A stretch of DNA of 63,483 nucleotides, counting the filler, from Deltaproteobacteria bacterium (lineage in GTDB: Bacteria; JAUYMQ01): NCBI GenBank assembly GCA_030698575.1. It is 10 parts of 10 records of this genome, joined end to end, with 100 filler letters (N's around TTAATTAATTAA, not from the genome) between each part and the next. Parts side by side here need not be neighbours in the genome. Positions count along the whole stretch, not along the records: positions 47,154 to 50,381 come from JAUYMQ010000182.1; positions 50,482 to 57,437 come from JAUYMQ010000189.1; positions 57,538 to 60,644 come from JAUYMQ010000420.1; 7 more parts are not named here. One strand, written 5' to 3'. The notes beneath the pieces were generated by a model that was not told where the DNA came from, did no database searches, and saw only the letters and a program-made list of their open reading frames with translations. Every line of letters starts with the position of its first letter. Within the stretch, counting starts at the first letter, position 1. The position numbers and the translations under genes are program-made. Below, piece after piece: positions 49,530 to 60,421 of the stretch.

Positions 49530-49940
49530 CTAGCGCTCTCGCCAGCTTCCCGGATTGGTCGATTCGTCCCCGATGATGAGCGGGTCGCCGAGTGAAAGCA
49601 GCGCTTCGATCCGGCGCTCCGCGCCAGCGACTCTCCCGGTGGAGAGAACGCGCCGCTCGGCCGGCCCGACGACGCTCACGACGACGTCGAAAACTTCCCC
49701 GTCCCCCAGCGTGAAATCCGCGCCGCCGGCCCAGGCGACGTCGTGGGAAAGCTCCTGCTTGGCAAACGCCAGCCCGCCCTGGGCCACGTAGAAGGCCCGC
49801 GTGGCGGCGTCCTGGCTTCCCGAGATGAGTCGCGACTGGGTGACCAGGTCGGCCACGGCCAGGCCCACCGCCGAGACGATCGCCACGACCAGAAGGGCCA
49901 TCATCACGGCGTATCCCCGCCGTCCACGGTCAGTTCTCAT
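49530..49940 (-). CDS. PilX-like minor pilin
   Basis: RRGYAVMMALL class III-like signal lacking E5; AFYVAQGG and STG motifs. Confidence 0.7.
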   Translation of the reverse strand: MRTDRGRRGYAVMMALLVVAIVSAVGLAVADLVTQSRLISGSQDAATRAFYVAQGGLAFAKQELSHDVAWAGGADFTLGDGEVFDVVVSVVGPAERRVLSTGRVAGAERRIEALLSLGDPLIIGDESTNPGSWRER

Positions 49941-50379
49941 GCCTCACGCCGGTCCTGAGCACGACAGTCTCATCCCCGTCTTTCAGGGCGATCTCGATGG
50001 TGGTGAAATCCTCGCCTGCAAAGAGCACCGAATCGATCTTCTCCGCCAGGATCTCCGGCGGGCCTGCGTCGGTCTGGCGGACGAGGCGATCACCGTCCTT
50101 CTCGTACCGTCGGACCGAATCGAAAACGTCGTCGCCGTTGGAATCGAATGGGAACTCCACGGATTCCGCAGCTACCACCGGCAGCCCTCCGGCGCGCAGA
50201 TCCCGCGTGGTCCGATCGAGCGCCACGCGCCCCATCTGGTAAAGCTCGGCTCTGATCTCCTGCTGATAGTAGGTGGCCATTCCCTTCACGAGCGCTTGCG
50301 CGAGCACGATGAGCAGCGTCGCGGTGAGCGCGCCGGCAATCACCACTTCCAGCAGCGTGAAACCGGCGTCACGACCCAT
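49930..50379 (-). CDS. Prepilin N-methylation domain protein (PilW-like)
   Basis: GFTLLEVVIA motif followed by ALDRTTRDLR. Confidence 0.8.
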   Translation of the reverse strand: MGRDAGFTLLEVVIAGALTATLLIVLAQALVKGMATYYQQEIRAELYQMGRVALDRTTRDLRAGGLPVVAAESVEFPFDSNGDDVFDSVRRYEKDGDRLVRQTDAGPPEILAEKIDSVLFAGEDFTTIEIALKDGDETVVLRTGVRHEN

Positions 50380-50481
50380 CCNNNNNNNNNNNNNNNNNNN
50401 NNNNNNNNNNNNNNNNNNNNNNNNNTTAATTAATTAANNNNNNNNNNNNNNNNNNNNNNNNNNNNNNNNNNNNNNNNNNNN

Positions 50482-52240
<1,759 letters not shown>

Positions 52241-52250
52241 GGCGGTCTCC

Positions 52251-53009
52251 TCAGAGCGCCCAGTAGGTCAGGGTGTCGTGGAGGCCGGCGATGATAAAGA
52301 TCGCCCCGGCCAGCCGCGTGAGCACGACGCCGGCCCGTCCGAGGGTCACGCGATCCAACCCGGGGGAGGCGCCCGAGGCAAGGATCCCACCCAGGAGGAG
52401 CACGGGCACGCTCGTGCCCACGGCGAAGAGCGCGGGGAAGGCGAAGCCCACTTGACTCTGGAGGCTCAAAGGCACGGTGAGCCCGAAGAAGAGCCAGAAA
52501 AGCGTGGGACAGAAGGCCACGGCGAAAGCCCCGCCCATGAGAAAGGCCCTGGCAAGGCCCGGGCGCGGCGCATAGGCCCCGAGCCGCGCCGCGAGACGGG
52601 CCCCGAACCCGCCTCGGAGCCGCCAGACGCCGAGGAGTGAGAACCCGATCAGCAGCAGCATCGGACCCAGGACCCTCCGGGTGATCAGCGCAAGGGGGAT
52701 GGCCCCGCGCTGCAGCTCCGCTCCGAGCACGAGGGCCAGACCGCCGAGAACCGTGTAGATGAGGGCCTTGCCGACCATGAATGCCCCGGCTTCGGCCATC
52801 GCCGTGCCCCGCGGCCCCCCGCGGGAGATGTAGGCCATTGCCGAGGCGTTGGTAGTGAGCTGGCACGGCGCCACCGCCCCGACGAGGCCGAAGAGGAAGG
52901 GGCTCAGCAGCGGCAGCTCGAGGCGGGTGGACAGCTCGCCGAGCGGCCCGGCGAGCAACGCGCTGAGCCGGCTCAGCGTCACATACCACTCCCGCAAGAT
53001 GTCCACCAC
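52251..53009 (-). CDS. CcdA/DsbD-like (ArsG-related) membrane thiol-redox protein
   Basis: Multi-TM protein with APCQLTTN and AFCPT cysteines. Confidence 0.75.
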   Translation of the reverse strand: MVDILREWYVTLSRLSALLAGPLGELSTRLELPLLSPFLFGLVGAVAPCQLTTNASAMAYISRGGPRGTAMAEAGAFMVGKALIYTVLGGLALVLGAELQRGAIPLALITRRVLGPMLLLIGFSLLGVWRLRGGFGARLAARLGAYAPRPGLARAFLMGGAFAVAFCPTLFWLFFGLTVPLSLQSQVGFAFPALFAVGTSVPVLLLGGILASGASPGLDRVTLGRAGVVLTRLAGAIFIIAGLHDTLTYWAL

Positions 53010-53060
53010 GATCGCCCCCCCCTCAGCGCGCCCTGCGCGGGGCCACGCCCGCCGGCGCCG

Positions 53061-53528
53061 TCACGCCCGGGCGCTCCGGCTGACCACGACCTTGTCGCCG
53101 CGCACATTGACCGCGTACTCGTCCAGGGGGCGTGGCGGCGGCCCTGCGATGTTCTTGCCGGTGATGGGATCGTAATGGCCGTTGTGGCAGGCGCACCAGA
53201 TATGCTGCAGGTCCTCCCGGTACTGGACCGTGCACTGGAGGTGGGTGCACACGGCCGTGAAGGCGTGGAGCTCCCCGGCGGGCGTCCGGACGAGGATCGC
53301 CGGCTGTTTGCCGAACTTGAACACGCGGCCGGTGTTCCACCTGACGTCTGCGGCTTTGACGTCCAGCGCCACGCTCTGGGCGCTGGACTCCTCGACGCGC
53401 GGCGGGATCAGGAACCGGGTCACCGGATAAAGCGCCGACATCATGAAGGCCCCGACCCCGGTGCCGAGAAGCCAGTTCAGGAGCGACCGGCGCTCGACCG
53501 GATCCCGCGAGAGCGTTCCCTGTGACAT
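53061..53528 (-). CDS. Rieske [2Fe-2S] protein
   Basis: ERRSLL Tat-like N-terminus; CTHLQC and CACHNG ligands; GPPPRPL. Confidence 0.93.
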   Translation of the reverse strand: MSQGTLSRDPVERRSLLNWLLGTGVGAFMMSALYPVTRFLIPPRVEESSAQSVALDVKAADVRWNTGRVFKFGKQPAILVRTPAGELHAFTAVCTHLQCTVQYREDLQHIWCACHNGHYDPITGKNIAGPPPRPLDEYAVNVRGDKVVVSRSARA

Positions 53529-53607
53529 GCCTCCCCTCCTGGGGCCGGCGCGGAGAGGCCGCGCTCATTCCGGCGGCGCATGCTCCGACCCCGTCACAGG
53601 TTGACGG

Positions 53608-53751
53608 AGCAAGACCAGTGCCGGAGCCGGTGCCGCAGAAGTGGTTGATACGCATAGGGTCTTCGCTGGAGGTTCGGCCCGGAGCGCGGGGCCTCCTGAC
53701 AGAGTGGCGAATGCGCCGGCGGGCCCACTGCCCCCCCCTGACATCCTGTCA
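53608..53751 (-). promoter_or_regulatory. Sigma54 promoter with candidate IHF site and upstream activator site
   Basis: CGGCACTGGTCTTGCT (53608-53623); TATCAACCACTTC (53638-53650); palindrome TGACA-N3-TGTCA (53739-53751). Confidence 0.65.
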
Positions 53752-53819
53752 ATCGGAGGTGAGATGCGCCGGCCCCCGGCGCCTGCTCCCGGGCGGGCAA
53801 TCGGGCTCTCGCGGGCCTC

Positions 53820-54065
53820 TTACTCCCGCTCGCGCTCCAGGCGGCGGCGGAGGGTCGCCTCGTCCACGCGGAACTTGAAGGCGATCCGGCCATTGACCAG
53901 GACCAGCGGGATGCGCTCCGCGTAGTTGGCGTACAGGTCCGGCGTGGACTCGATGTCGATCTCACGGAGATCGAAGGGGGTGTCGCGGCGAACCTTCAGC
54001 AGCGCCGCCTTGACGTCGTCGCAGAGACAGCAGTCGCGCTTTCCATAGACCTCGACGCGGATCAC
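53820..54065 (-). CDS. Glutaredoxin-like protein (DUF836 type)
   Basis: YGKRDCCLCD (CxxC), EIDI and RIPLVLVNG motifs. Confidence 0.85.
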   Translation of the reverse strand: MIRVEVYGKRDCCLCDDVKAALLKVRRDTPFDLREIDIESTPDLYANYAERIPLVLVNGRIAFKFRVDEATLRRRLERERE

Positions 54066-54072
54066 GGGGATG

Positions 54073-54546
54073 TCAGCGCGGCCCCCAGTAGGAGCGCACG
54101 ATCAGCCGGCGCTCCGGAGCGGCGGGATCGTTGGTCCGCAGCGGCGTGTGGAACTCGTGGGCTCCACCCATACCCGCGTGCATCGTGAACTGCATCGACA
54201 GCGTCGTGGACCCGCCCGGCTTGATGGTCGTCTGCCCGACGACCGCCTCCGGCGGTCAGCAGCCCTGTACCGCCTTCACCCGCGGCACCTCGGCGATCTT
54301 GAGCGGGCCGTTCCCCGTGTTGGTCAGCGTGAAAACGACCCGGGCCGGCGCCTCGAACGGAAGGTCGCCGAGCTCCACGACCTCCCGATCCACGACGAGA
54401 CGCGGTGTCCCGCCGGAGGCGTCGGGGCCCGCGGACATCCACCAGAACGTCCCCGCTCCCAGGACGATGACAGCGAGAACGCCCATCACGGCCCACCTCC
54501 AGCGCCCACGGCGCGCCGGCGGCTCGACTCTCTTCCTCTTGCTCAT
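54073..54546 (-). CDS. Probable selenoprotein: membrane-anchored DUF1573-like Ig-fold protein (157 aa, Sec at codon 97)
   Basis: In-frame TGA at 54256-54258 in QGC*PP; the frame continues with IKPGGSTTL...LRTNDP to a stop at 54073; SECIS-like hairpin starts 11 nt after the TGA. Confidence 0.78.
54226..54244 (-). promoter_or_regulatory. Bacterial SECIS-like hairpin
   Basis: GGTCGTC-GGGCA-GACGACC: 7-bp stem with a G-starting loop. Confidence 0.65.
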
Positions 54547-54848
54547 GGCTCTCCTCTCCCTGTGGGCCCCGTGGATCGCCACTGGGCCTCGTTCTCGGCT
54601 GCCAGCAGGTCTCGTCTTCTCTCCTCGAACTCCTCCCGATCGATCTCCCCTCGCGCGTAGCGCGTCCTGAGAATCTCCAGGGCGCGGTCGCCGTCCTGCG
54701 GCGGCCGACGGGGCTGGCCCTGATCCCAGAGCCAGCGTACGCCGAGCACGGCCGCGACGATGACGACCACCCAGATGAGCAGCATGAGGAGCCCCCCGCC
54801 TCCCATCCCGACTCCTCCCCATCCCATCATGCCAGCGCCGGGCATCAT
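54543..54848 (-). CDS. SHOCT-domain small membrane protein
   Basis: Met/Gly-rich N-terminus, one TM, ALEILRTRYARGEIDREEFEERR. Confidence 0.88.
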   Translation of the reverse strand: MMPGAGMMGWGGVGMGGGGLLMLLIWVVVIVAAVLGVRWLWDQGQPRRPPQDGDRALEILRTRYARGEIDREEFEERRRDLLAAENEAQWRSTGPTGRGEP

Positions 54849-54868
54849 GACGATCCCTCCTCATCCCT

Positions 54869-55492
54869 TCATCGCGCCACGATCAGCTTGATCCAGTCGG
54901 AGAAGACGTTGCGCTCTTCCACTAGGATTAAGCCGGCCTCGCGGATGGTGTCCAGCGTGCGCCGGTTTACGTGCGGCCCCATGACGCGGTTGACGATCGG
55001 ATCCACGAGGTCGAACAGCCGCCCCAGCCACCCGCGGGGCCGCATGTGCTCGAGCAGGAGCACCTCGCCCCCGTTCTTGAGCACCCGCCGCACCTCCCGC
55101 AGGCCGCGGAGCGGATCCGGCACGCTGCAGAAGACGCAGGTGGCGATCACGGCGTCGAAGGCGCCATCCCTGAAGGCCAGATCTTCCGCGTCCGTCACCA
55201 CGAGGCGGCACGCGCCCTCTACACGTTCGGCCTTCTCGGCCGCGCGCGCGAGCATCCCCGGGCTCAGGTCGGACGCCACGATGACGGGGCCCGCAGGGTA
55301 ATGGGCGATGTTCCTCCCGGTCCCCGCGCCCACCTCGAGCACCCGTCCCTTCGGCACCCGCGCGAAGATCCACTCACGGGCCCGCTCGAAGCCGAGCATG
55401 CGCTCCATCGGCGCGGTCAGGCGATCGTAGAGCTGCGCCTTGCGGCTCCAGCGCCTGAGGGCGCGCCCCGTCCCCTCCGGAGATGTCGGCAT
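54869..55492 (-). CDS. Class I SAM-dependent methyltransferase
   Basis: VLEVGAGTG, DLSPGML, FCSVPDP and LLEH motifs. Confidence 0.9.
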   Translation of the reverse strand: MPTSPEGTGRALRRWSRKAQLYDRLTAPMERMLGFERAREWIFARVPKGRVLEVGAGTGRNIAHYPAGPVIVASDLSPGMLARAAEKAERVEGACRLVVTDAEDLAFRDGAFDAVIATCVFCSVPDPLRGLREVRRVLKNGGEVLLLEHMRPRGWLGRLFDLVDPIVNRVMGPHVNRRTLDTIREAGLILVEERNVFSDWIKLIVAR

Positions 55493-55500
55493 CGTCCCCC

Positions 55501-55899
55501 CTACGGCTCCACCACCAGGGTCCCCATCAGCGCCATGTGCAGCGGGCTGCAGCGCACGCTGCAATAGAACGGGAACTCCCCGACCCGCTCCGCCGTGAAC
55601 TCGACGACCTTCGTCGTCCCGGTCCTGATGGCTCCCACGTTCACCCCGAAGTGGAGGAGCTGGAAGCCGTGCGTCACGTCCTCGGCAAGGATCCTGAGCC
55701 GCACCGTCTGTCCCTGCTTGACGACGATCCGCGCGGGGCTCCAGCCTCCGTGCTCCACGGTCCGCGCCACCAGGAAGATCTCGCCCGACTCTGCGGGCCC
55801 GTTGCGCAGCGCCTGATACGAAAAGACCGCGGCGGGAACGCCGACCGTAATGGCCAGGACAATCACCAGGGCAAACCGCTCCGCGCTCTTCATCGCCAT
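55501..55899 (-). CDS. Membrane-anchored cupredoxin (CuA-like) protein
   Basis: EDVTHGF ... FYCSVRCSPLHMALMG; TGATG overlap with the upstream gene. Confidence 0.82.
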   Translation of the reverse strand: MAMKSAERFALVIVLAITVGVPAAVFSYQALRNGPAESGEIFLVARTVEHGGWSPARIVVKQGQTVRLRILAEDVTHGFQLLHFGVNVGAIRTGTTKVVEFTAERVGEFPFYCSVRCSPLHMALMGTLVVEP

Positions 55900-57437
55900 C
55901 ACCCAAGGTACAGGGCCAGGAACGCCCACGCCAGGAGCCCCAGGAAGCCCGCGAGCGGCACGAGGCCGCGCCGAGCGGCCGCCGCCTCCCCCAGCGCGTC
56001 CCTGACGATCTCGCGGGCCGCACGGACCGAGCCCCAGAGCCCGGCCAGAAGCAGGCCGAGCTGGGCCCAGGGCAGAAGCCCCAGGGGCACCCATGTCCAC
56101 GTGGTTTCGCGTGTCCCGAAAAGGTCCCAGCCCCAACCAAGCGGATCTGACAGGACCCGAGGGATATAGGAGAGGTTCGGAGCCACCACTGCCAGCGTGA
56201 AGGCCATCCATGCCGCCAGGCTCAGAGGGATCAGGGCGTACGCGTAGGCCACGAAGAGCTTCCCCAGCCGCAACGACGGCGCGCCCGCCAGCGCCCGCGA
56301 CAGCCACGCCGCCAGGAGATGCAGGCCCGGAAGCACGACCAGGACCGCCCCGAGGAAGAGCCCCGAGTAGAACAGGAACTCGACGGGCCCTTCGAGGTTG
56401 GCCCACGACTTGATCCACCCCCACGGCCCGAGCTTGATCACCGAGTGGGCGAGCGCGGTCCCGAGGAGGAGTAGCGCGATCCACGCCTCGTCCGCCCGGG
56501 CGCCCCGGCTCACCCGCAGGTCCGCGCCGAAAGGCCTGAGGCTGAGGGCGAGATTGTCGTGGGGACAGGCCTTCAGGCACTCGGTGCACAGCAGACAGTA
56601 GGTGTTCCGCATGAGCCCGCTCCCGGGAAACTGGAAGGTCGGGCACGGGTAGCCGGCTCCCCCGCGGAAGCACGGCTTCTCCCGGCACGTCCGGCAGACC
56701 TCGAGGTCCCGCGGCCGCAGCTCGATGGGAGCCGCCAGCGCGTAGACACCGAGGAGGCCGCCCACCGGACAGAGGTAGCGACAGAAGACCCGCCGCTCGA
56801 AGAGAAGGTGGGTGACGAGAGCGACCGCCGCGAGCCCGAGGAGCAACGCCGCCGTGACGATGGGGCGCGTCGTCACGACAAGTCCGAACAGGACGAGCAC
56901 GAGAAGGCCGCCGAAGGCCGGCCAGAGGTTCCGGAGCGCCTTCGGCCAGGGCCACCCGAGGCCCCAGACGCGCTTCCTCCGCTCGACGATCGCGCCCCGC
57001 GCAAGCCACTCGCCGGGGGCCGGGAGCGGGCACATGGCGCACCAGGCCCGCCCTCCGAACGGGATCAGGACCAGCACGAGGAATCCCCACCACGCCAGCC
57101 AGACGAAGATCGTCGAGACGTTCAGAGCTCCGGTTGCCGTCCCGACCAGCCCGCCGAGGACGATGAGGGTGAAGACGAGCAGGTTCGGCGCGATGAGCGC
57201 GAACTGGAGGGGGCGCCGCGTGAGGAGCCAGCGGAGCGGGCGCCAGCGGAGCAGGTCGCGCCGCAAGCCCGGGCGCGCAAGGCCAGCCGAGGCGAGGAAG
57301 CCCACGACCACCACCAGGCCGCCCCCCCAGAGGGGCCAGCGGTTTGGCTGCACAATGATCTCGCCCACCATGAAGGGGTGGAGCGGGCCGCAGATGACGG
57401 AGCAGCGGTAGCGGATCTTCCCCGGCCGCCCGGTCTG
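55899..57437 (-). CDS. Cupredoxin-fused 4Fe-4S polytopic membrane protein (NapH/NosH/MauN-like); 5' end cut
   Basis: Frame open to the contig end with YRCSVICGPLHPFM; GRAWCAMCP, FCRYLCPVG, CRTC...C and CLLCTECLKACP motifs. Confidence 0.82.
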   Translation of the reverse strand, partial: QTGRPGKIRYRCSVICGPLHPFMVGEIIVQPNRWPLWGGGLVVVVGFLASAGLARPGLRRDLLRWRPLRWLLTRRPLQFALIAPNLLVFTLIVLGGLVGTATGALNVSTIFVWLAWWGFLVLVLIPFGGRAWCAMCPLPAPGEWLARGAIVERRKRVWGLGWPWPKALRNLWPAFGGLLVLVLFGLVVTTRPIVTAALLLGLAAVALVTHLLFERRVFCRYLCPVGGLLGVYALAAPIELRPRDLEVCRTCREKPCFRGGAGYPCPTFQFPGSGLMRNTYCLLCTECLKACPHDNLALSLRPFGADLRVSRGARADEAWIALLLLGTALAHSVIKLGPWGWIKSWANLEGPVEFLFYSGLFLGAVLVVLPGLHLLAAWLSRALAGAPSLRLGKLFVAYAYALIPLSLAAWMAFTLAVVAPNLSYIPRVLSDPLGWGWDLFGTRETTWTWVPLGLLPWAQLGLLLAGLWGSVRAAREIVRDALGEAAAARRGLVPLAGFLGLLAWAFLALYLG

Positions 57438-57598
57438 NNNNNNNNNNNNNNNNNNNNNNNNNNNNNNNNNNNNNNNNNNNNTTAATTAATTAANNNNNNN
57501 NNNNNNNNNNNNNNNNNNNNNNNNNNNNNNNNNNNNNCTGGCCAACAAGGAGGCGCTCGTCGCCGCCGGGCAGCTCGTCGGGTCGAGGGCTGTGCGAG

Positions 57599-57829
57599 TT
57601 GTTCCACATCCCGGCCCGTACGCTGAGGCGCTGGCGGGTGTGGTGGCGGGAGGATTTTCCGTCGACGCCGTTGTGGCAATCGGTCCGCGAACGGTTCATG
57701 CCGCCGGTGCGGAGCGCGCAGCTACCCCAGGATCTGCTGGAACGCTTCGATGCCGGCACGCTGGCGGGTCGTCTGGTGCAGGCGCTGTGCTTTATCGCGC
57801 CGTTGAGTACCGGTACGGCGAACAGGTAA
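57599..57829 (+). CDS. C-terminal part of a transposon accessory protein (HTH-like)
   Basis: IPARTLRRWRVWWREDF pattern directly upstream of the transposase. Confidence 0.55.
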   Translation: MFHIPARTLRRWRVWWREDFPSTPLWQSVRERFMPPVRSAQLPQDLLERFDAGTLAGRLVQALCFIAPLSTGTANR

Positions 57830-57916
57830 TCCGAAGGTCACCGCGTCCCCGCAGAGGATGCCGATAGCCTAACGATCAGGGGCTTTGTAGTCTGCGTTCC
57901 CATCCATGACGCCACG

Positions 57917-59377
57917 ATGGGAACGACAATGAGTTTTGAGGACGATCTACCGCAACGGGATCGCTGGGCGCGGCTGCGCTTTGCCATCATCGGACCGCTG
58001 CTGGCGGCACCGCCGGCCGCGGGTGAGCTACGGGCCGCCTTGAACGCCTTGGCCGCCAAGACCTGGCGTCATCCGCTCACGGGACGTGAGATCCGGTTCG
58101 GCGTCTCGACCCTCGAGCGTTGGTATTACGCTGCCAAAAATGCCGCCGATCCGGTGCAGGCGCTGCACAACCAGATCCGTCGCGACATCGGCCGTTTCCC
58201 GAGCCTGTCGGCCGCGGCCGTGCAGGCATTGACCGCGCAGTACCGCGAGCACCCCGGCTGGACCGCACAGCTGCACCACGACAACTTGCGCGTGACGCTC
58301 GCGGCCGCCGGCACGAAGTGTCCTTCGTATCCGAGCGTACGGCGGTATCTGAAAGCCCAGGGGCTGCTGCGCCGGCGAACGCCGAAGCGCGCCACTGACG
58401 GGGCGATTGCTGCCCGCGAGCGGCTCGAACAACGCGAGGTGCGCAGCTACGAAGTCGAGCATGTGCTGCAGCTCATGCATCTGGACTTCCATCACGGCTC
58501 GCGCAAGGTCCTGACCCGCCGCGGCGCCTACGTCAAACCGCTCCTGGTCGGCTTCATCGACGATCGGTCGCGGTTCCTGTGCCATGCCCAGTGGTACACG
58601 AACGAGGGCACCGAAGAGCTGGTTCACGGCCTGTGCCAGGCGCTGCAGAAGGTGGGTCTGCCGCGCTCGCTGATGACCGATCGGGGTTCGGCGATGATCT
58701 CGGGCGAGTTCACCGCCGGTGTTCATCGTTTGGGTATTTTGCATGTGCCGACGCTCCCGTACTCCCCGCACGTCAACGGCAAGCAGGAAAATCTCTGGGG
58801 CCGCGTCGAAGGACGTCTCCTGGCGATGCTCGAAGGCGAAGAGAACCTCACGCTCGAGCAACTGAACGTGGCGACCCAAGCGTGGATCACCCAGGAGTAT
58901 CACCGCACCGTGCACAGCGAACTCGGCGCAACACCCCTCGAGCGGTATCTCGCCGGCCCCAACGTCGGGCGCGAGTGCCCGGGAAGCGAGGCCTTGCGCG
59001 CTGCCTTTCGCATCGAGGTGAAGCGCAAGCAGCGCCGCTCCGACGGCACGGTCAGTATCGCCGGCCAGCGCTTCGAGATCCCGTCCCGCTATCGTCACTT
59101 GAGCGAGGTGTATCTGCTCTATGCACGCTGGGACTTCAGCCGCGTCGATCTCATCGATGCGCGCTCAGGCCAGATCCTCTGCCCGGTGCGACCGCTCGAT
59201 AAAGCCGCCAACGCCGATGCGCTGCGCCGGCGCGTGGCGCCGCCGATGAACGCAGCGGCGAGCGCAACGCCCGCCGCCGGCATCGCGCCGCTGCTCCAAA
59301 AGATGATCGCGGACTACGCCGCCACCGGCCTGCCGCCGGCCTATTTACCCACCGCCGAGAAGGATGACCCCGCATGA
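57917..59377 (+). CDS. DDE integrase/transposase (rve-type, Mu/IS481-like)
   Basis: STLERWY HTH; HLDFHH, IDDRSR, MTDRGS and NGKQE catalytic motifs; Mu-like C-terminus (DGTVSIAGQRFEIP). Confidence 0.92.
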   Translation: MGTTMSFEDDLPQRDRWARLRFAIIGPLLAAPPAAGELRAALNALAAKTWRHPLTGREIRFGVSTLERWYYAAKNAADPVQALHNQIRRDIGRFPSLSAAAVQALTAQYREHPGWTAQLHHDNLRVTLAAAGTKCPSYPSVRRYLKAQGLLRRRTPKRATDGAIAARERLEQREVRSYEVEHVLQLMHLDFHHGSRKVLTRRGAYVKPLLVGFIDDRSRFLCHAQWYTNEGTEELVHGLCQALQKVGLPRSLMTDRGSAMISGEFTAGVHRLGILHVPTLPYSPHVNGKQENLWGRVEGRLLAMLEGEENLTLEQLNVATQAWITQEYHRTVHSELGATPLERYLAGPNVGRECPGSEALRAAFRIEVKRKQRRSDGTVSIAGQRFEIPSRYRHLSEVYLLYARWDFSRVDLIDARSGQILCPVRPLDKAANADALRRRVAPPMNAAASATPAAGIAPLLQKMIADYAATGLPPAYLPTAEKDDPA

Positions 59378-60219
59378 ACCAGAAACTCCTGGCCCTGTAT
59401 GGCCTCAAATGGAACCCGTTCTCCCCGGAAGTGCCGACCGAGGCACTCTACGTGCCGCCGAAGGTCGAGAACTTCTGCTGGCGCATCGAGCAGGCGCACC
59501 TGCGCGAGGGCGGCTTCGCCTTGATCCACGGCGATCCGGGCTCCGGCAAGAGTGTCGTCATGCGCCTGCTCGCCGAGCGTCTCTCACGCCTGGCCGATCT
59601 CTGCGTCGGCGTCATCCACCATCCGCAAAGCAACTTGAGCGACTTCTACCGCGAACTCGGCGACATCTTCGGCATCGCCATGCGCGTGAGCAACCGCTGG
59701 GGCGGATTCAAGTCACTGCGCGCCCGCTGGCTCGATCATCTGGGCGCCGCCAGCCGCCGCCCCGTCATCCTGATCGACGAAGCCCAGGAAATGACCCCGA
59801 TGGTCTTGAGTGAGCTGCGGCTGCTGGCGAGCGCGCGCTTCGACTCGCAATCCCTGCTGTGCGTGGTGCTCTCAGGCGATGCGCGCCTGCTCGATAAGCT
59901 GCGGCGCGAGGAACTCATCCCCTTGGGCTCCCGCATCCGCACACGCCTCGCCACCGGCGTCGCTACCCGCGAGGAACTCATGGCCTGCCTCGAGCATCTG
60001 CTCGCCACCGCCGGCAACGCCGGCCTCATGACCCAAGAGCTGCGCCATACCCTCGTCGATCACGCCGCCGGCAACTATCGCATCTTCATCGGCATGGCCG
60101 CAGAACTGCTCATGACCGCGGCCCAGCGCGACATCACCGTGCTCGATGAAAAACTCTATCTGCAGGTCTTCGCTCCGCCGGAAACTCAAAGTCCACGTCG
60201 TACCGCCGGGGCTCGCTGA
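59374..60219 (+). CDS. ExeA-like AAA+ transposition ATPase
   Basis: YGLKWNPF; Walker A GDPGSGKS; Walker B LIDEAQ; ATGA overlap with the transposase. Confidence 0.9.
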   Translation: MNQKLLALYGLKWNPFSPEVPTEALYVPPKVENFCWRIEQAHLREGGFALIHGDPGSGKSVVMRLLAERLSRLADLCVGVIHHPQSNLSDFYRELGDIFGIAMRVSNRWGGFKSLRARWLDHLGAASRRPVILIDEAQEMTPMVLSELRLLASARFDSQSLLCVVLSGDARLLDKLRREELIPLGSRIRTRLATGVATREELMACLEHLLATAGNAGLMTQELRHTLVDHAAGNYRIFIGMAAELLMTAAQRDITVLDEKLYLQVFAPPETQSPRRTAGAR

Positions 60220-60220
60220 C

Positions 60221-60421
60221 ATGCACGACGATACCGATCTGTTCGCCTTCCCCGAGCTACCCGACGAGGCCGTGATCGCCCTCGATCAGTTCCTCGATAC
60301 CTTCTACACCCACTTCCAAAACCACTACTTCGCTCAAATGCACCGGTGGTACCACGAACTCGATCAGCGCCACCGTGACAACGACCAAATGCCGTTACCG
60401 CTCGACGACCCGCCGTTCTAA
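60221..60421 (+). CDS. Small transposon-associated hypothetical protein (66 aa)
   Basis: ATG 1 nt after the ATPase stop; MHDDTDLFAFPELPDEAV...HYFAQMHRWY...DDPPF. Confidence 0.6.
   Translation: MHDDTDLFAFPELPDEAVIALDQFLDTFYTHFQNHYFAQMHRWYHELDQRHRDNDQMPLPLDDPPF

Noticed and set aside
53023-53655. ORF MRINHFCGTGSG... as a Cys-containing RiPP precursor
   Set aside because: It overlaps the sigma54 promoter and the Rieske gene, and no maturation enzymes are nearby.
54256-54258. TGA as a true stop or a pseudogene lesion
   Set aside because: Downstream frame conservation, Cys context and the SECIS-like hairpin favour selenocysteine, though a true stop is not excluded.
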